Positions 46,300-57,054 are shown, numbered from the stretch's first letter. The stretch: DNA of 64,000 bases from Hyalangium minutum (GCF_000737315.1 NZ_JMCB01000005.1:124001-188000); one strand, 5' to 3'. The notes: generated by a model not told the origin, from the sequence alone. Translations and numbers: made by a program.

Positions 46300-47274
46300 A
46301 TGAGCACAACTCGCTCCATTCGCATCTCTGCCCTCCTCGAGGACCGGGACTACGACCTCCAGCTCACCCTGGTCGCTGGTGAGAAGGGGCTGACCCGGAC
46401 CCTCAACTCCCCGCGCATCCAGAAGCCCGGGCTGGCGCTGACCGGCTTCACCGAGCACTTGCACCCGCACCGGGTCCAGGTGTTCGGCAACACGGAGATC
46501 TCCTACCTGCGCACGCTCTCCGAGGAGAAGCAGCGCGAGGTGCTCACCCGCCTCTTCAAGGAGGACCTGGCCTGCGTGGTGGTCACCAAGAGCCTGGAAC
46601 TGCCACCGGTGCTCATCGAGACCTGCGAGGAGTCCAGCCTGGCGCTGATGAAGACGCCGCTGCTCTCCAGCACCTTCATCCAGCAGGTGCAGGCCTTCCT
46701 GGAGGAGGCGCTCACGGAGACCAGCAGCATCCACGGGGTGCTGATGGACGTGTTCGGCGTGGGCATCCTGCTGCTGGGCAAGAGCGGCATCGGTAAGAGC
46801 GAGATCGCCCTGGACCTGGTGATGCGCGGGCAGCGGCTGGTGGCCGACGACATCGTCGACGTGGCGCGCCGCAAGCCGGGCGCCGTCTACGGGGCGGGCA
46901 ACCCGGTCATCAAGCACCACATGGAAATCCGGGGCTTGGGCATCATCAACATCAAGGACTTGTTCGGCGTGTCGGCCGTGCGCGAGCAGAAGAAGATCGA
47001 GCTCGTGATGGAGCTGCAGGAGTGGGACCCCGACCAGGAATACGACCGGCTGGGGGTGGAAGATCGCTTCCTGGACATCATCGGGGTGCAAGTCCCCCTG
47101 TCGGTGGTGCCGGTTCGTCCAGGCCGTAACATGGCGACCATTGTCGAAGTGGCCGCGCGCAACCACTTGCTCAAACTTCAGGGCCACCATTCGGCGCGCG
47201 AGTTCGCGGAGAAGCTCAACCGTGCTATTGCCGAGGGAGCGATGCGTCGTACGTTGGGAGAAGAGGTCGAGTGA
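46300..47274 (+). CDS. hprK: HPr kinase/phosphorylase
   Basis: [47 protein letters not shown]. Confidence 0.96.
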   Translation: MSTTRSIRISALLEDRDYDLQLTLVAGEKGLTRTLNSPRIQKPGLALTGFTEHLHPHRVQVFGNTEISYLRTLSEEKQREVLTRLFKEDLACVVVTKSLELPPVLIETCEESSLALMKTPLLSSTFIQQVQAFLEEALTETSSIHGVLMDVFGVGILLLGKSGIGKSEIALDLVMRGQRLVADDIVDVARRKPGAVYGAGNPVIKHHMEIRGLGIINIKDLFGVSAVREQKKIELVMELQEWDPDQEYDRLGVEDRFLDIIGVQVPLSVVPVRPGRNMATIVEVAARNHLLKLQGHHSAREFAEKLNRAIAEGAMRRTLGEEVE

Positions 47275-48134
47275 GCGCGCCCGCCAAGCACATCGTCATC
47301 ATCACCGGCATGTCCGGCTCCGGTAAGTCCACGGCCATCCGTGCGCTGGAGGATGCTGGCTTCTTTTGCATCGACAACCTGCCCGTGTTGTTGCTGCCCA
47401 AACTGACGGAGCTGGCCGGCAGTGGGCAGATCGAGCGCATGGCGCTCGTCGTGGACGTGCGCGAGGGCATCTTCCTCAAGGAGGCCCCCCGCGTGCTGGA
47501 CGAGGTCCGCCGCGCCGGGCACCAGGTGGAAGTCTTGTTCCTGGACTCCAGCGACGACAGCCTCATCCGCCGCTTCAGCGAGACGCGCCGCCGCCACCCA
47601 CTGGCCCCCACGGGCACGGTGGCCGACGGCATCAAGGCCGAGCGCGAGGAGCTGCGCGACTTGCGCGAGCTGGCCGACCAGGTCATCGACTCGTCCGCGC
47701 TGAACGTGCACGACTTGAAGCGGATGGTGCAGGCGCGCTTCAGCCCGGAGCCGGCGGCGGGGCCCTCGCTGTCGGTGATGTCGTTCGGCTACCGGCACGG
47801 GGTGCCGCCGCAAGCGGACCTGGTGCTGGACGTGCGCTTCCTGCCCAACCCGTACTTCGTGCCCGAGCTGAAGGGGCTCACGGGGAAGAACCCCAAGGTG
47901 TCCGCGTACGTGCTGGACCGCGAGGAGACGCAGCAGTTCCTCTCCAAGGTGGTGGACCTGTGCCGCTTCCTGTTCCCTCGCTACCAGAAGGAGGGCAAGG
48001 CGTACCTCACGGTGGCGCTGGGCTGCACCGGCGGCAAGCACCGCTCGGTGGCCATCGCGGCCGAGCTGACGCGGCAGCTCCAGCCGGAGATTCCACGCAT
48101 CCAGCTCTGGGACCGCGACATCGAGAAGGAGTAG
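47271..48134 (+). CDS. rapZ: RNase adapter RapZ (YvcJ) P-loop protein
   Basis: [51 protein letters not shown]. Confidence 0.96.
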   Translation: MSAPAKHIVIITGMSGSGKSTAIRALEDAGFFCIDNLPVLLLPKLTELAGSGQIERMALVVDVREGIFLKEAPRVLDEVRRAGHQVEVLFLDSSDDSLIRRFSETRRRHPLAPTGTVADGIKAEREELRDLRELADQVIDSSALNVHDLKRMVQARFSPEPAAGPSLSVMSFGYRHGVPPQADLVLDVRFLPNPYFVPELKGLTGKNPKVSAYVLDREETQQFLSKVVDLCRFLFPRYQKEGKAYLTVALGCTGGKHRSVAIAAELTRQLQPEIPRIQLWDRDIEKE

Positions 48135-48137
48135 CGC

Positions 48138-48788
48138 TCAGCGCCGCCCCACCTCCCACCAGCCGAAGTACATGGTCCGCTGCTCCATGAGGTGCACCCA
48201 GCCGGGCGCGTGGGTGTAGCGGTAGGGCAGCAGCCCCGCGGTGGTGAGCGCCGAGGCCGTCTCCTCGAACGAGGGGAACGTTACCCACACCGCCGGCCCC
48301 GCCGTCTTCACCTGGCGCCGGTGGATCTCGTGCCCGTCCAGCCCCTGGCGGCGCTCCAGCACGGTGAAGAGCATCCGTCCCTCGGGCTTCAGCGCGCTCC
48401 CGAAGTGGTGCAGCACCTGCCGCAGGTCATCGCAGAAGTCCAGGCAGCCCACCGCCAGCACCACGTCGAAGTGCCCCAGCTCCGAGGGGATGGGCTGGTG
48501 GTAGCTGTGCTCCTGCCACGTGCCCGAGGGGCGCCCCTTGCGCGCCAACTCGATCATCTCCGGCGCCAGGTCCAGCCCCACCACCTCCACGGACGCGTCC
48601 AACCCCCGGGTCAGCAGGCCCGTGCCGCAGCCCACGTCCAACACCCGGCAGCCCGGCTTCACCGCCTCCGCCAGGAAGCGCTCCACCCGGTCCTCGTAGC
48701 GGTGCAGCGACGGGAAGAGCACCTCGTACGCGAGAGCAATCTCTCCATATACCTGCCGGACGTGGTTCTCGTTGCTCTCAGAGGCCAT
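48138..48788 (-). CDS. Class I SAM-dependent methyltransferase
   Basis: VLDVGCGTG, GLDLAPEMI. Confidence 0.85.
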   Translation of the reverse strand: MASESNENHVRQVYGEIALAYEVLFPSLHRYEDRVERFLAEAVKPGCRVLDVGCGTGLLTRGLDASVEVVGLDLAPEMIELARKGRPSGTWQEHSYHQPIPSELGHFDVVLAVGCLDFCDDLRQVLHHFGSALKPEGRMLFTVLERRQGLDGHEIHRRQVKTAGPAVWVTFPSFEETASALTTAGLLPYRYTHAPGWVHLMEQRTMYFGWWEVGRR

Positions 48789-49028
48789 GGCGGCCCGCAC
48801 CTTAGTGCGGATGAATTCCCTGGGAAGAGGGGGAGAACTCGCACTTCCTGATTCCCTTGATTGCCTCCGTCCACACTACGCACTAAGTTGGCCCCGCCGG
48901 GGTCTGTTCCTCTGGATTCGTGGGGATAGCGGGTCTCGGCATGGGGTAGGAGGCACTCCTACAGGACCGAAAGGTGCCTACCTGGTGCATTGGCTGAGCG
49001 GTATGAAGGACGTTGGGACCATGGAGGG

Positions 49029-50618
49029 ATGATGAGGGCCAGTATCGGCCGGAGGCTGTATGTGTCCTTCGGTCTGCTCGTCGTGGCGTTTGCCGTGCTG
49101 GGAGGGGCGAACATCGTCTCGTCCTACGGCTTTGCCCGCAGTGTGGAGAGCTCGCTGGAGCGTTCGCTCACCCTCGCGCCGGAGCTGTTCGAGCTGCGGA
49201 TGATCCACCAGCGGACCACGGTCCTGTTCTTGTCGGGGGCCCAGAAGGACTCGGCTCCGCCCTCGGAGGAGCTGTCCTCGCAGGAGGAGCGCTTCGCCCA
49301 CAGCCTCGGGGCGCTGCGGGAGAAGGGGTACCCCGGGGCCCGGCTCAATGACGTGCAAGGGCGCTTCACCGGGCTCCTGCTCTTGGGCCGCAAGCTGCTG
49401 GCCGTCTCGGGAGAGGCAGACCCTCAGGGCGCCTTTCTCCTCTTCCAGCAGCAGACCCATGAGCTGGAGCAGCAGTTGGACGCGATGGCGAAGGACGAGG
49501 TGAGCACGGTGCGCACCTCCTTGAAGGTGCTCCGGCGGAACTTCGAGAAGGGCGCGTGGACATTCGCCGGAGGGGTTGTGGGCTGCATCCTCGTGGCGCT
49601 GCTGCTGGCCTTCGGGCTGCGGCGCTCGCTGGTGCACCCGCTGCGGGCGCTCACGGGGGTGGCGCGGGAGATCAGCGAGAACGGGGACCTGACGCTCCAC
49701 GTGCCTGTGCGCTCGGGGGATGAGGTGGGGCAGCTGGCGCACGCCTTCCGGGAGATGGTGGAGCGCCTGCGCACCATTCACAACGAGCTGCGCGCCTCGG
49801 GGGGCACGCTGGCCACCTCGGCGGCGAACGTGCGCCGCTCGGCCGTGCAGCAGCAGGAGACGGTGAGCAGCCAGGCGGCGGCGCTGCACCAGACGCGCGT
49901 CACCGCCGAGGCGCTGCGGGAGACCTCATCGGTGGCGGCCCAGCGCGCGCACTCCGTGCTGGACCTGGCCGTGCGGGCGGACACGCTGGGGCGCGCGGGG
50001 GAGACGTCCATTGCCCAGAGCGTCTCCGGGCTGGCGAACCTGGGGGCGCAGGTGCAGGAGATTGCCCAGCGCATCCGCAACCTGGGGGAGAGCACCCAGC
50101 AGATCGGCGCCATCACCAAGACGGTGAAGGCGCTGGCGGACCGCTCCAACATGTTGGCGCTCAATGCCGCCATCGAGGCGGTGCGCAGCGGCGAGCACGG
50201 CAAGGGCTTCGCCGTGGTGGCGCAGGAGATCCGCTCGCTGGCGGATCAATCCATCGAGGCCACGGTCCGGGTGCGCGAGATTCTGGACGCGGTGGGCCGC
50301 GCGGTGGCGGAGACGGTCAGCATCACCCAGCGCAACGCCGAGCAGATGCAGGGAGGGCTGGAGCAGGTGAGCGCCACGGGCGAGAGCCTGCGGGAGCTGT
50401 CCGGCCTCATTCGCGCGAACGCCAGCGCGGTGAAGGAGATCGTCGCCGCGGTCAGCCAGCAGGACCTGGGCATCGCGCAGATCTTCCTGGCGGTGAGCGA
50501 GCTCTCCAAGATGATGGCGGACACGGAGAAGGAGCTGGACGCCACGAAGACGGCGGCGGTGATGCTCGATGACGTGTCCCAGAAGCTCACGGACGTGGTG
50601 ACGCGCTACCGGGCTTGA
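49029..50618 (+). CDS. Methyl-accepting chemotaxis protein (TM-sensor-TM-HAMP-MCP)
   Basis: Two TMs, HAMP ([11 protein letters not shown]), [11 protein letters not shown]...[15 protein letters not shown]. Confidence 0.93.
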   Translation: MMRASIGRRLYVSFGLLVVAFAVLGGANIVSSYGFARSVESSLERSLTLAPELFELRMIHQRTTVLFLSGAQKDSAPPSEELSSQEERFAHSLGALREKGYPGARLNDVQGRFTGLLLLGRKLLAVSGEADPQGAFLLFQQQTHELEQQLDAMAKDEVSTVRTSLKVLRRNFEKGAWTFAGGVVGCILVALLLAFGLRRSLVHPLRALTGVAREISENGDLTLHVPVRSGDEVGQLAHAFREMVERLRTIHNELRASGGTLATSAANVRRSAVQQQETVSSQAAALHQTRVTAEALRETSSVAAQRAHSVLDLAVRADTLGRAGETSIAQSVSGLANLGAQVQEIAQRIRNLGESTQQIGAITKTVKALADRSNMLALNAAIEAVRSGEHGKGFAVVAQEIRSLADQSIEATVRVREILDAVGRAVAETVSITQRNAEQMQGGLEQVSATGESLRELSGLIRANASAVKEIVAAVSQQDLGIAQIFLAVSELSKMMADTEKELDATKTAAVMLDDVSQKLTDVVTRYRA

Positions 50619-50675
50619 AGCAGCGCTTGACGGCCCAGGCACCCGGGGTGAGCATGGGCCGGTCGGGGCCGGCGG

Positions 50676-53360
50676 TTGCTCACCGCGCACAGAGCATTCT
50701 TCCAGACCATGTTCGTCGACCGCTGTCGTTGCGGGACCCTCTCTGGGACGGGCGCGGCCCGGCTTTTCCTTGTGGCCGGAGTGTTGCTCGCGGTGAGCGC
50801 GGGCGCCTACGAGGGGACGGGGGTCTCCCGGGAGAACCCGGATGCGGGGGTTCCGCAGCCTGCGCCCCAGCTTACGAAGGCGCCGGAGCTCCTCGAGTTC
50901 GTGGAGGCCACCTATCCGCCCGAGGCGCTCGCTCGAGGCGAGGGCGCGGAGGTGGCCTTCTTCATCGACATCGATGAGAACGGCCAGGTGACGCAGGCCG
51001 AGGTGACGCGCTCGGCGGGGCCGGAGTTCGACGCGGCGGCGCGCGAGGCGGTGCTGCGGCTGCGGTTCTCTCCGGCCGAGGTGGATGGGAAGCCCGCGCC
51101 GGTCCGCATCGAGTATGTCTACCACTTCGTGCCCAAGCCGCCGCCGCCGCCCGAGCCCACCGCGCCCGTGGAGCAGCCGGTGAACTTCAAGGGCCGGATT
51201 GTCGAGCGAGGAACGCGGGATCCAATTCCGAACGCCACGGTGTACCTGCCCGAGCAGGGCCTCACGGCGGAGACGGACGTGGAGGGGCGCTTCGAGCTGC
51301 GCGGGGTGACGCCTGGGAAGCTGAAGGTGGAGATCTCCGAGCCGAAGCACCGGAAGTTCCTCACCACCGAGGAGGTGAGGGAGGGCGAGGTGACGGAGCT
51401 GACCGCGTACCTCTGGAAGAAGCTGGAGAGCGGCTTCGAGACGGTGGTGACGGGGGCCCGGGAGAAGAAGGAGGTCGCCCGGCGCACGCTCCAGAAGCAG
51501 GAGCTCCAGAGCGTCCCTGGCACCTTCGGGGATCCGCTCCGCGTGCTGCAGAACATGCCCGGCATGGCGCGGGCGCCCTACATCTCGGGCGCGCTGCTCG
51601 TGCGAGGCGCCCAGCCGCAGGACACGCAGGTGATGATCGACGGGGTGCCCATTCCGCTGCTCTACCACTTCGCGGGGGGGCCTTCGGTGATCAACGCCTC
51701 GTTCATCGACCGGATCGACTTCTTCCCGGGAGCGTACGGGGCGAAGTACGGCCGGGCGCTCGCGGGCATCGTGGACGTGGGGACGCGGCCTCCGGAGCCC
51801 AAGCGCCTGCATGGCCTCGTCGACATCGACCTGCTGGACTCGGGCTTCTACCTGGAGGCGCCGCTGAGCTCGGAGAAGAACTACGGGTCGGTCGCGGTGG
51901 CGGCCCGGCGCAGCTACATCGACGTGCTGCTGCCGCCCATCCTGGAGGCCTTCCGCGAGCCCGGCCAGGCCTCGACCGTGGCCTCGCCGTACTACTGGGA
52001 CTACCAGGCACGCTACGACTTGAAGCTCGGGAAGGATCGGTTCGAGGTGGTCGCGTTCGGCTCGAGTGACCGGCTGGAGGTCTCCCAGAGCGGCTCGGAG
52101 GAGACCCAGCCCTTCTCGTTGGACACGTCCCAGGCCTTCCACCGGTTCCGGCTGGGCTGGAGCCGCCCGACCGAGTCCGGGTGGAAGCTGTCCCTGTCGC
52201 CCACCGTGGGCGTCACCCCGTTCAACTTCCGGATTGGGGATCAGTTCAAGGGGAGCATCACCTCGCGGGACGTGAACCTGAGAGGGGCCGCCGAGAAGGA
52301 GCTCGCCAAGGGGCTCTCCTTCGAGACGGGAGTGGACCTCAACGCCTCCTTCTATGACGTGCGCTTCGAGTTCCCTCAGGTGGCCAAGCCGGGCGAGGAG
52401 CCTCCTCCGCCCGTGGTCATCCAGGAGGACGTGAACGTGTCCACGTACGCGGCCTACGCCGAGGCGGTCTGGTCGCCCGTGGAGGCACTGAAGATCGTCC
52501 CGGGGCTCCGCTTCGAGGCCTACCACCTGCCCGGCGGGTGGCGCCCCTCGCTCGAGCCCCGGATTGCCACGCGCTACGCGGTGAACGACCGGCTCACGGC
52601 GAAGGCGGCGTTCGGCATCTTCCGGCAGGCGCCCCAGCCCAGCGAGATGGCGCCTCGGTTCGGCAACCCGGACCTGGGGCTGCTGCGGAGCCGGCAGACG
52701 GCGGGCGGCATCGAGTGGAAGTTCACTCAGGCGCTGCTGCTGGACCTGCAGGGCTTCTACAACTGGCGGGATCGGCTCGTGGTGTTCACTCAGGACTTCG
52801 TGGAGCGGGACGGCAAGCAGGAGCCCGAGCTCTATGACCACGATGGGAAGGGGCGGGCCTACGGCGTCGAGGTGCTGCTCAAGCACGAGCTCACCGAGCG
52901 CTTCTATGGATGGGTGGCCTACACGCTGTCCCGGTCCGTGCAGCTCGACGAGGACACGGGCACGTACGTGCCAGTCGAGTTCGATCAGTCGCACATCCTC
53001 ACGCTGGTGGGCTCTTACAAGCTGGACAGCGGCTGGGAGGTGGGGATGCGGTTCCGCCTCACGACGGGGCGGCCGGAGACGCCCATCACGGGCGGCACCT
53101 TCAACGCGGACACGGGCCGGTACTTCCCCGACGAGGGCAGGCCCGGCTCGGCGCGAGGCGCCACCTTCCACCAGCTGGATCTCCGCGCCGAGAAGCAATG
53201 GACGTTCGAGCGCTGGCGGCTGTCGGCGTACCTGGACGTGCAGAACATCTACAACGCCTCGAACCCGGAGGGGACGCTCTGGGACTACCGGTACCGCGAG
53301 AGCGCGCCGCTCCGAGGCCTTCCGCTGCTTCCCACCTTTGGCGTCAAGGGAGAGTTCTGA
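50676..53360 (+). CDS. TonB-dependent receptor with N-terminal TonB C-terminal-like domain
   Basis: ATYPPEALARG...IDENGQV...FDAAAREAV..LRFSPA (TonB_C); carboxypeptidase-like domain; plug (GDPLRVLQNMPG, LLVRG); barrel ending in F. Confidence 0.88.
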   Translation: MLTAHRAFFQTMFVDRCRCGTLSGTGAARLFLVAGVLLAVSAGAYEGTGVSRENPDAGVPQPAPQLTKAPELLEFVEATYPPEALARGEGAEVAFFIDIDENGQVTQAEVTRSAGPEFDAAAREAVLRLRFSPAEVDGKPAPVRIEYVYHFVPKPPPPPEPTAPVEQPVNFKGRIVERGTRDPIPNATVYLPEQGLTAETDVEGRFELRGVTPGKLKVEISEPKHRKFLTTEEVREGEVTELTAYLWKKLESGFETVVTGAREKKEVARRTLQKQELQSVPGTFGDPLRVLQNMPGMARAPYISGALLVRGAQPQDTQVMIDGVPIPLLYHFAGGPSVINASFIDRIDFFPGAYGAKYGRALAGIVDVGTRPPEPKRLHGLVDIDLLDSGFYLEAPLSSEKNYGSVAVAARRSYIDVLLPPILEAFREPGQASTVASPYYWDYQARYDLKLGKDRFEVVAFGSSDRLEVSQSGSEETQPFSLDTSQAFHRFRLGWSRPTESGWKLSLSPTVGVTPFNFRIGDQFKGSITSRDVNLRGAAEKELAKGLSFETGVDLNASFYDVRFEFPQVAKPGEEPPPPVVIQEDVNVSTYAAYAEAVWSPVEALKIVPGLRFEAYHLPGGWRPSLEPRIATRYAVNDRLTAKAAFGIFRQAPQPSEMAPRFGNPDLGLLRSRQTAGGIEWKFTQALLLDLQGFYNWRDRLVVFTQDFVERDGKQEPELYDHDGKGRAYGVEVLLKHELTERFYGWVAYTLSRSVQLDEDTGTYVPVEFDQSHILTLVGSYKLDSGWEVGMRFRLTTGRPETPITGGTFNADTGRYFPDEGRPGSARGATFHQLDLRAEKQWTFERWRLSAYLDVQNIYNASNPEGTLWDYRYRESAPLRGLPLLPTFGVKGEF

Positions 53361-54316
53361 TGCCTGCCCACCGGATGATGACCCTGTCCGTGCTCGTGTC
53401 GCTGACGGCCTGCTCCTATGACTTCGAGCGGTCGAGCGAGATCCGTGACCGCCGGATCCTCGCCGTGCAGATTGAGCCCCCCGAGGTGGCGGGTGGCGCT
53501 CCATTGCCGGAGGCCGTGCTGGCCCAGGCGCTGGTGGTGGATCCCGCGAATCCGCTGGCCGCTGTAGAGGTGAGCTGGCGCTCCTGCCTACGCCTGCCGA
53601 GGGCCGCTGCCGACGTGGGCGAGGCGGAGAACACCCGCTGCCCCGAGGACGAGAACACGGTCCTCCTCGGGAGCAGCTCGGCCGCCCTGGAGGCTGTCTC
53701 CCTGGGCGCTCCATTGCCTCCAGAGCTGGTGGGCCTGCTGGCCGCCGCGAGCGACGTGCCAGCGCCGCAGCTCCAGGTCCAGGTCGAGGTGAGCTCGGAG
53801 CCACAGCCGCTGGTGGCCGTGAAGCAGCTCACGGTGACCTCACGCCTGCCGGAGGGGCAGGAGCCCAACCGCAACCCCGTGCTTCAGAGGGTGACGCTGG
53901 ATGGCACGGACTGGCTCCCGGACACGCCGAGGACGCTCAAGTACGGCGACTGCCCGGACGAGGAGAAGAAGGAGGCCGAGGCCGACGATGGGAGCAGGGT
54001 GCTTGTCTGCGAGCACGACGTGGAGCCGTTCTTCGACGAGGAGACGCAGTCCCAGTTCTACGAGGAGCGTGGGTTCAGCGGGGAGCCGGAGCTGCAGCGA
54101 GAGATCCTCCGGTTCGCGTGGTTCACGGACGCGGGCTCCTTCCGGCGGAACAACACCCGGCAGTTCGACCCGAGAGACCCTTCCCCTGACAACGTAGGTC
54201 CGCAGAATAATTGGCGGGAACCTGCCACCAAGACCGAGCGAGCCACCCTCTGGCTGATCGTCCGCGACGGCCGGGGTGGCACCTCCTGGCTGCGCCGCGA
54301 GGTGATCTTCGAGTAG
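53360..54316 (+). CDS. Hypothetical lipoprotein coupled to the TonB-dependent receptor
   Basis: TGATG overlap; lipobox LTAC; RILAVQIEPPE and IVRDGRGGTSW motifs. Confidence 0.75.
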   Translation: MPAHRMMTLSVLVSLTACSYDFERSSEIRDRRILAVQIEPPEVAGGAPLPEAVLAQALVVDPANPLAAVEVSWRSCLRLPRAAADVGEAENTRCPEDENTVLLGSSSAALEAVSLGAPLPPELVGLLAAASDVPAPQLQVQVEVSSEPQPLVAVKQLTVTSRLPEGQEPNRNPVLQRVTLDGTDWLPDTPRTLKYGDCPDEEKKEAEADDGSRVLVCEHDVEPFFDEETQSQFYEERGFSGEPELQREILRFAWFTDAGSFRRNNTRQFDPRDPSPDNVGPQNNWREPATKTERATLWLIVRDGRGGTSWLRREVIFE

Positions 54317-54330
54317 CCGGTCTCCCCACC

Positions 54331-54359
54331 TTGAAATCGTGTTTTGTGGACACTAAGTT
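54331..54359 (+). promoter_or_regulatory. sigma70-type promoter TTGAAA-N17-TAAGTT
   Basis: AT-rich patch in a GC-rich context, exact 17-nt spacer, upstream of RBS aaggagg. Confidence 0.55.
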
Positions 54360-54378
54360 AGTGTCAAAGAGACACGAA
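54336..54378. promoter_or_regulatory. Two tandem 21-bp NrtR-type operators
   Basis: ATCGTGTTTTGTGGACACTAA (54336-54356) and TTAGTGTCAAAGAGACACGAA (54358-54378), both with a central GT-N7-AC palindrome. Confidence 0.75.
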
Positions 54379-54393
54379 AGGAGGGTGGGAGCC

Positions 54394-55395
54394 ATGCCCA
54401 TCCGGTACATCAAGGCGGCGCCGACGACGTACGTCATCCAGTTCCAAGACGGGAAGGTGAGGCGGGAGGGGCCGGGGTTGTCGTTCCTGTACTGGGCGCC
54501 GACGACGACGCTGGTGGCGGTGCCGCTGGCCAGCGCGGACGTGCCCTTCGTGTTCAACGAGGTGACGAAGGACTTCCAGGCGGTGACGCTGCAGGGGCAG
54601 CTCACGTACCGTGTGGCGGATCCGAAGCGGCTGGCCTCGCTGCTGGACTACTCCATCACTCCGGGGGGCAAGTACCTCTCGAACGACCCGGAGAAGCTGG
54701 AGGAGCGGTTGGTGCAGGTGGCGCAGGTGCGTGCGCGCACGGTGGTTCAGGGCATGGACCTGCGCGAGGTGCTGGTGCGCTCGGAGGTGGTGGAGGCGCA
54801 GGTGCTGGCGGCGCTGGGGGCCACGGAGGCCATCCGCATGCTGGGCGTGGAGGTGATGGGCTTCTCGCTGCTGTCGGTGCGGCCCACGCCGGAGATGTCC
54901 CGGGCGCTCGAGGCCGAGGCCCGCGAGGGCCTGCAGCGCCGTGCGGACGAGGCCATCTACTCGCGCCGCAACGCCGCGGTGGAGCAGGAGCGCCGCATCA
55001 AGGAGAGCGAGCTGTCCACGGAGCTGGCGGTGGAGGAGAAGCGTCGGCAGATCCGCGAGGCGCAGATGGCGGCGGACATCGCGGTGGAGGAGCAGCGCGC
55101 CGCGCTCATGGCGCGCTGGACGGAGAACGAGCGCCATGCCGCTGACGCGCGCGCCTACGCTCTGGAGAAGGTGTTGGCGCCCGTGCGCGGGGTGGACTGG
55201 AAGACGCTCATGGCGGCCAACGGAGGAGGGAACGACCCGAAGCTGAACATCGCCCTGGCGTTCCGGGAGATGGCGGAGAACGCGGGGAAGATCGGCGAGC
55301 TGAACATGTCGCCGGAGCTGCTGAGCGGGCTGCTGGGGCCCACGCAGAAGGAGCCCGCCTCCGAGCCGCAGCAGCGCACGCGGGGCAACCGGTGA
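54394..55395 (+). CDS. nrtX: SPFH/Band 7 domain protein (NrtR-regulated OrfX type)
   Basis: REGPGLSF, TKDFQAVTLQGQLTYRV, coiled-coil EQERRIKE; adjacent to an NAD-kinase-like gene. Confidence 0.8.
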   Translation: MPIRYIKAAPTTYVIQFQDGKVRREGPGLSFLYWAPTTTLVAVPLASADVPFVFNEVTKDFQAVTLQGQLTYRVADPKRLASLLDYSITPGGKYLSNDPEKLEERLVQVAQVRARTVVQGMDLREVLVRSEVVEAQVLAALGATEAIRMLGVEVMGFSLLSVRPTPEMSRALEAEAREGLQRRADEAIYSRRNAAVEQERRIKESELSTELAVEEKRRQIREAQMAADIAVEEQRAALMARWTENERHAADARAYALEKVLAPVRGVDWKTLMAANGGGNDPKLNIALAFREMAENAGKIGELNMSPELLSGLLGPTQKEPASEPQQRTRGNR

Positions 55396-55402
55396 GGGCG
55401 CC

Positions 55403-56323
55403 ATGTTCGAGAAGATCATCCTCGTCACGAGGAAGACGCGGCTGGAGGAGCTCGTCGAGCGGCTGAACACCCGCGCCCAGGCGCGCTTCTACCTGGAGCA
55501 CGCCGGGCAGGACTTCGAGGACTACGCGCGCGAGGACGACGCCTACCGCCGGGCCTTGGACGGGCTGCACGGCGCGCTGTCGCTGGGGCTGCCGGTGCAG
55601 CAGGTGGATCGCTCACTGGTGCCCACCTTCCTCTTCAGCGGCAAGGAGGTGGTGGTGGCGGTGGGGCAGGACGGGCTGGTGGCCAACGTGGCCAAGTACG
55701 TGGGCGGCCAGCCGCTGGTGGGCGTGAACCCGGACCTCTCGCGCTTCGATGGAGTGCTGCTGCCCTTCGGTGTGACGGGTGCGCGCGCGGCGGTGCGCAA
55801 GACGCTGGAGGGCAAGGCGAGCGTTCGCGAGGTCACCCTGGCGGAGGTACGCCTCCAGGATGGGCAGCGGCTGCTGGCCTTCAATGACCTGTTCCTCGGG
55901 GCGCGCACGCACGTCTCCGCCCGCTACACGCTGCGCTATGGGGACACGGCCGAGCCCCAGTCCTCCAGCGGAGTGGTCGTCTCCACCGGTGCGGGCTCCA
56001 GCGGGTGGCTCTCGTCCATCTTCAACCTGGCCCGGGGGATCACGGAGAGCACGGGCGGCGTGCCCGGGAGCGCGTGGCGCATGGGCTGGGAAGACCCTCG
56101 GCTGGCCTTCGTGGTGCGCGAGCCCTTCATCAGCCGCCACTCCTCGGCCCGCCTCATCAGCGGCTTCGTCACCGCCGAGCACGAGCTGGTGCTGGAGTCC
56201 CGCATGCCCTCGGGCGGCGTCATCTTCAGTGATGGTGTCGAGGAGGACTTCCTGGCCTTCAGCGCGGGGGCCACCGCTCACATCCGCCCGGCGGCCCAAC
56301 GCGCCCGGCTCGTGGTTCCATGA
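55403..56323 (+). CDS. nrtY: NAD-kinase-like protein (NrtR-regulated OrfY type)
   Basis: VGQDGL (GGDG-like), GVNPD, LAFND, SSGVVVSTGAGSSGW (variant of DG...STPTGSTAY). Confidence 0.75.
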   Translation: MFEKIILVTRKTRLEELVERLNTRAQARFYLEHAGQDFEDYAREDDAYRRALDGLHGALSLGLPVQQVDRSLVPTFLFSGKEVVVAVGQDGLVANVAKYVGGQPLVGVNPDLSRFDGVLLPFGVTGARAAVRKTLEGKASVREVTLAEVRLQDGQRLLAFNDLFLGARTHVSARYTLRYGDTAEPQSSSGVVVSTGAGSSGWLSSIFNLARGITESTGGVPGSAWRMGWEDPRLAFVVREPFISRHSSARLISGFVTAEHELVLESRMPSGGVIFSDGVEEDFLAFSAGATAHIRPAAQRARLVVP

Positions 56324-56325
56324 GA

Positions 56326-56350
56326 GCCGTCAGGCTGCTTGCCCGACGGC
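56326..56350 (+). terminator. GC-rich hairpin after nrtY
   Basis: gccgtcaggc/gcccgacggc stem with one mismatch; no U-tract. Confidence 0.35.
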
Positions 56351-56631
56351 CAGACGCCCGTCAACCCCCTGAAAATCGGCCTCGCCTGCACCTCCGGCCC
56401 TGTCGGGGCATCTCATGAATATGGGAGGCTGGGGATGCTTCCCCGTCCGGTGGGCAAAGGCGCCCTGCCTCTCCGGGCGAGGAATTGTGGGCGTGGAGCC
56501 TGGATCAGGCTTACCTTTAGGGAGAGTAGGGTAGGCTGGAGCATGTCACGGGACGCGGAACGTTTCACCGGAGTTGCACGTCGTAGAATTCAGGCGTAGG
56601 ACGCAATTCCGGGGGGTGGTGAGGAGTGAAT

Positions 56632-57054
56632 ATGGTCGGCCTCGTCGTCGCATCTCACGGGCGTCTAGCGGAAGAGCTGGTAGCCACCGCCGAGCAGATC
56701 GTCGGCAAGCTGCCCGCAGTGGCTACGTGCAACATCGAGCCGGGGACGTCCGTCGAGGACCTCCGGATGAAGATGAAGCAGGCCGTGGCCAAGGTCGATG
56801 ACGGGGAAGGCGTCATCGTCATGGCCGACCTCTTTGGAGGCACTCCTTGTAAGGAATCCCTGATGATGTGTCAGCGGGGCAATCTCGAAGTGCTCGCTGG
56901 CGTGAACCTCCCGATGATTCTCAAGGCCAACTCCCTGCGTGGCGAGCACTTGCCGCTGGCGGAGATGGCCTCCTTGCTGGCCTCGCACGGCCAGCGCAAC
57001 ATCACCTGCGCATCCGCCCTGCTTCGCGAAGCTCAGCAGTCATCTCGAACTTGA
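56632..57054 (+). CDS. PTS mannose/fructose family EIIA
   Basis: LVVASHG, GVIVMADLFGGTP, LAGVNLPM. Confidence 0.93.
   Translation: MVGLVVASHGRLAEELVATAEQIVGKLPAVATCNIEPGTSVEDLRMKMKQAVAKVDDGEGVIVMADLFGGTPCKESLMMCQRGNLEVLAGVNLPMILKANSLRGEHLPLAEMASLLASHGQRNITCASALLREAQQSSRT

Noticed and set aside
48789-49028. c-di-GMP riboswitch upstream of the MCP (acc-GAAA-ggt hairpin inside ggtagg/cctacc)
   Set aside because: Lacks the GEMM-I/II conserved core (GGCAAAC...GGACGCAAAGC, tetraloop receptor); short stems are expected by chance
49926-53804. 1292-aa minus-strand ORF (and similar long antisense ORFs such as 58351-60861, 40324-42498, 38152-40257, 35994-37673)
   Set aside because: Shadow ORFs opposite well-supported genes; high GC suppresses stop codons and the translations are Arg/Pro/Gly-rich with no motifs
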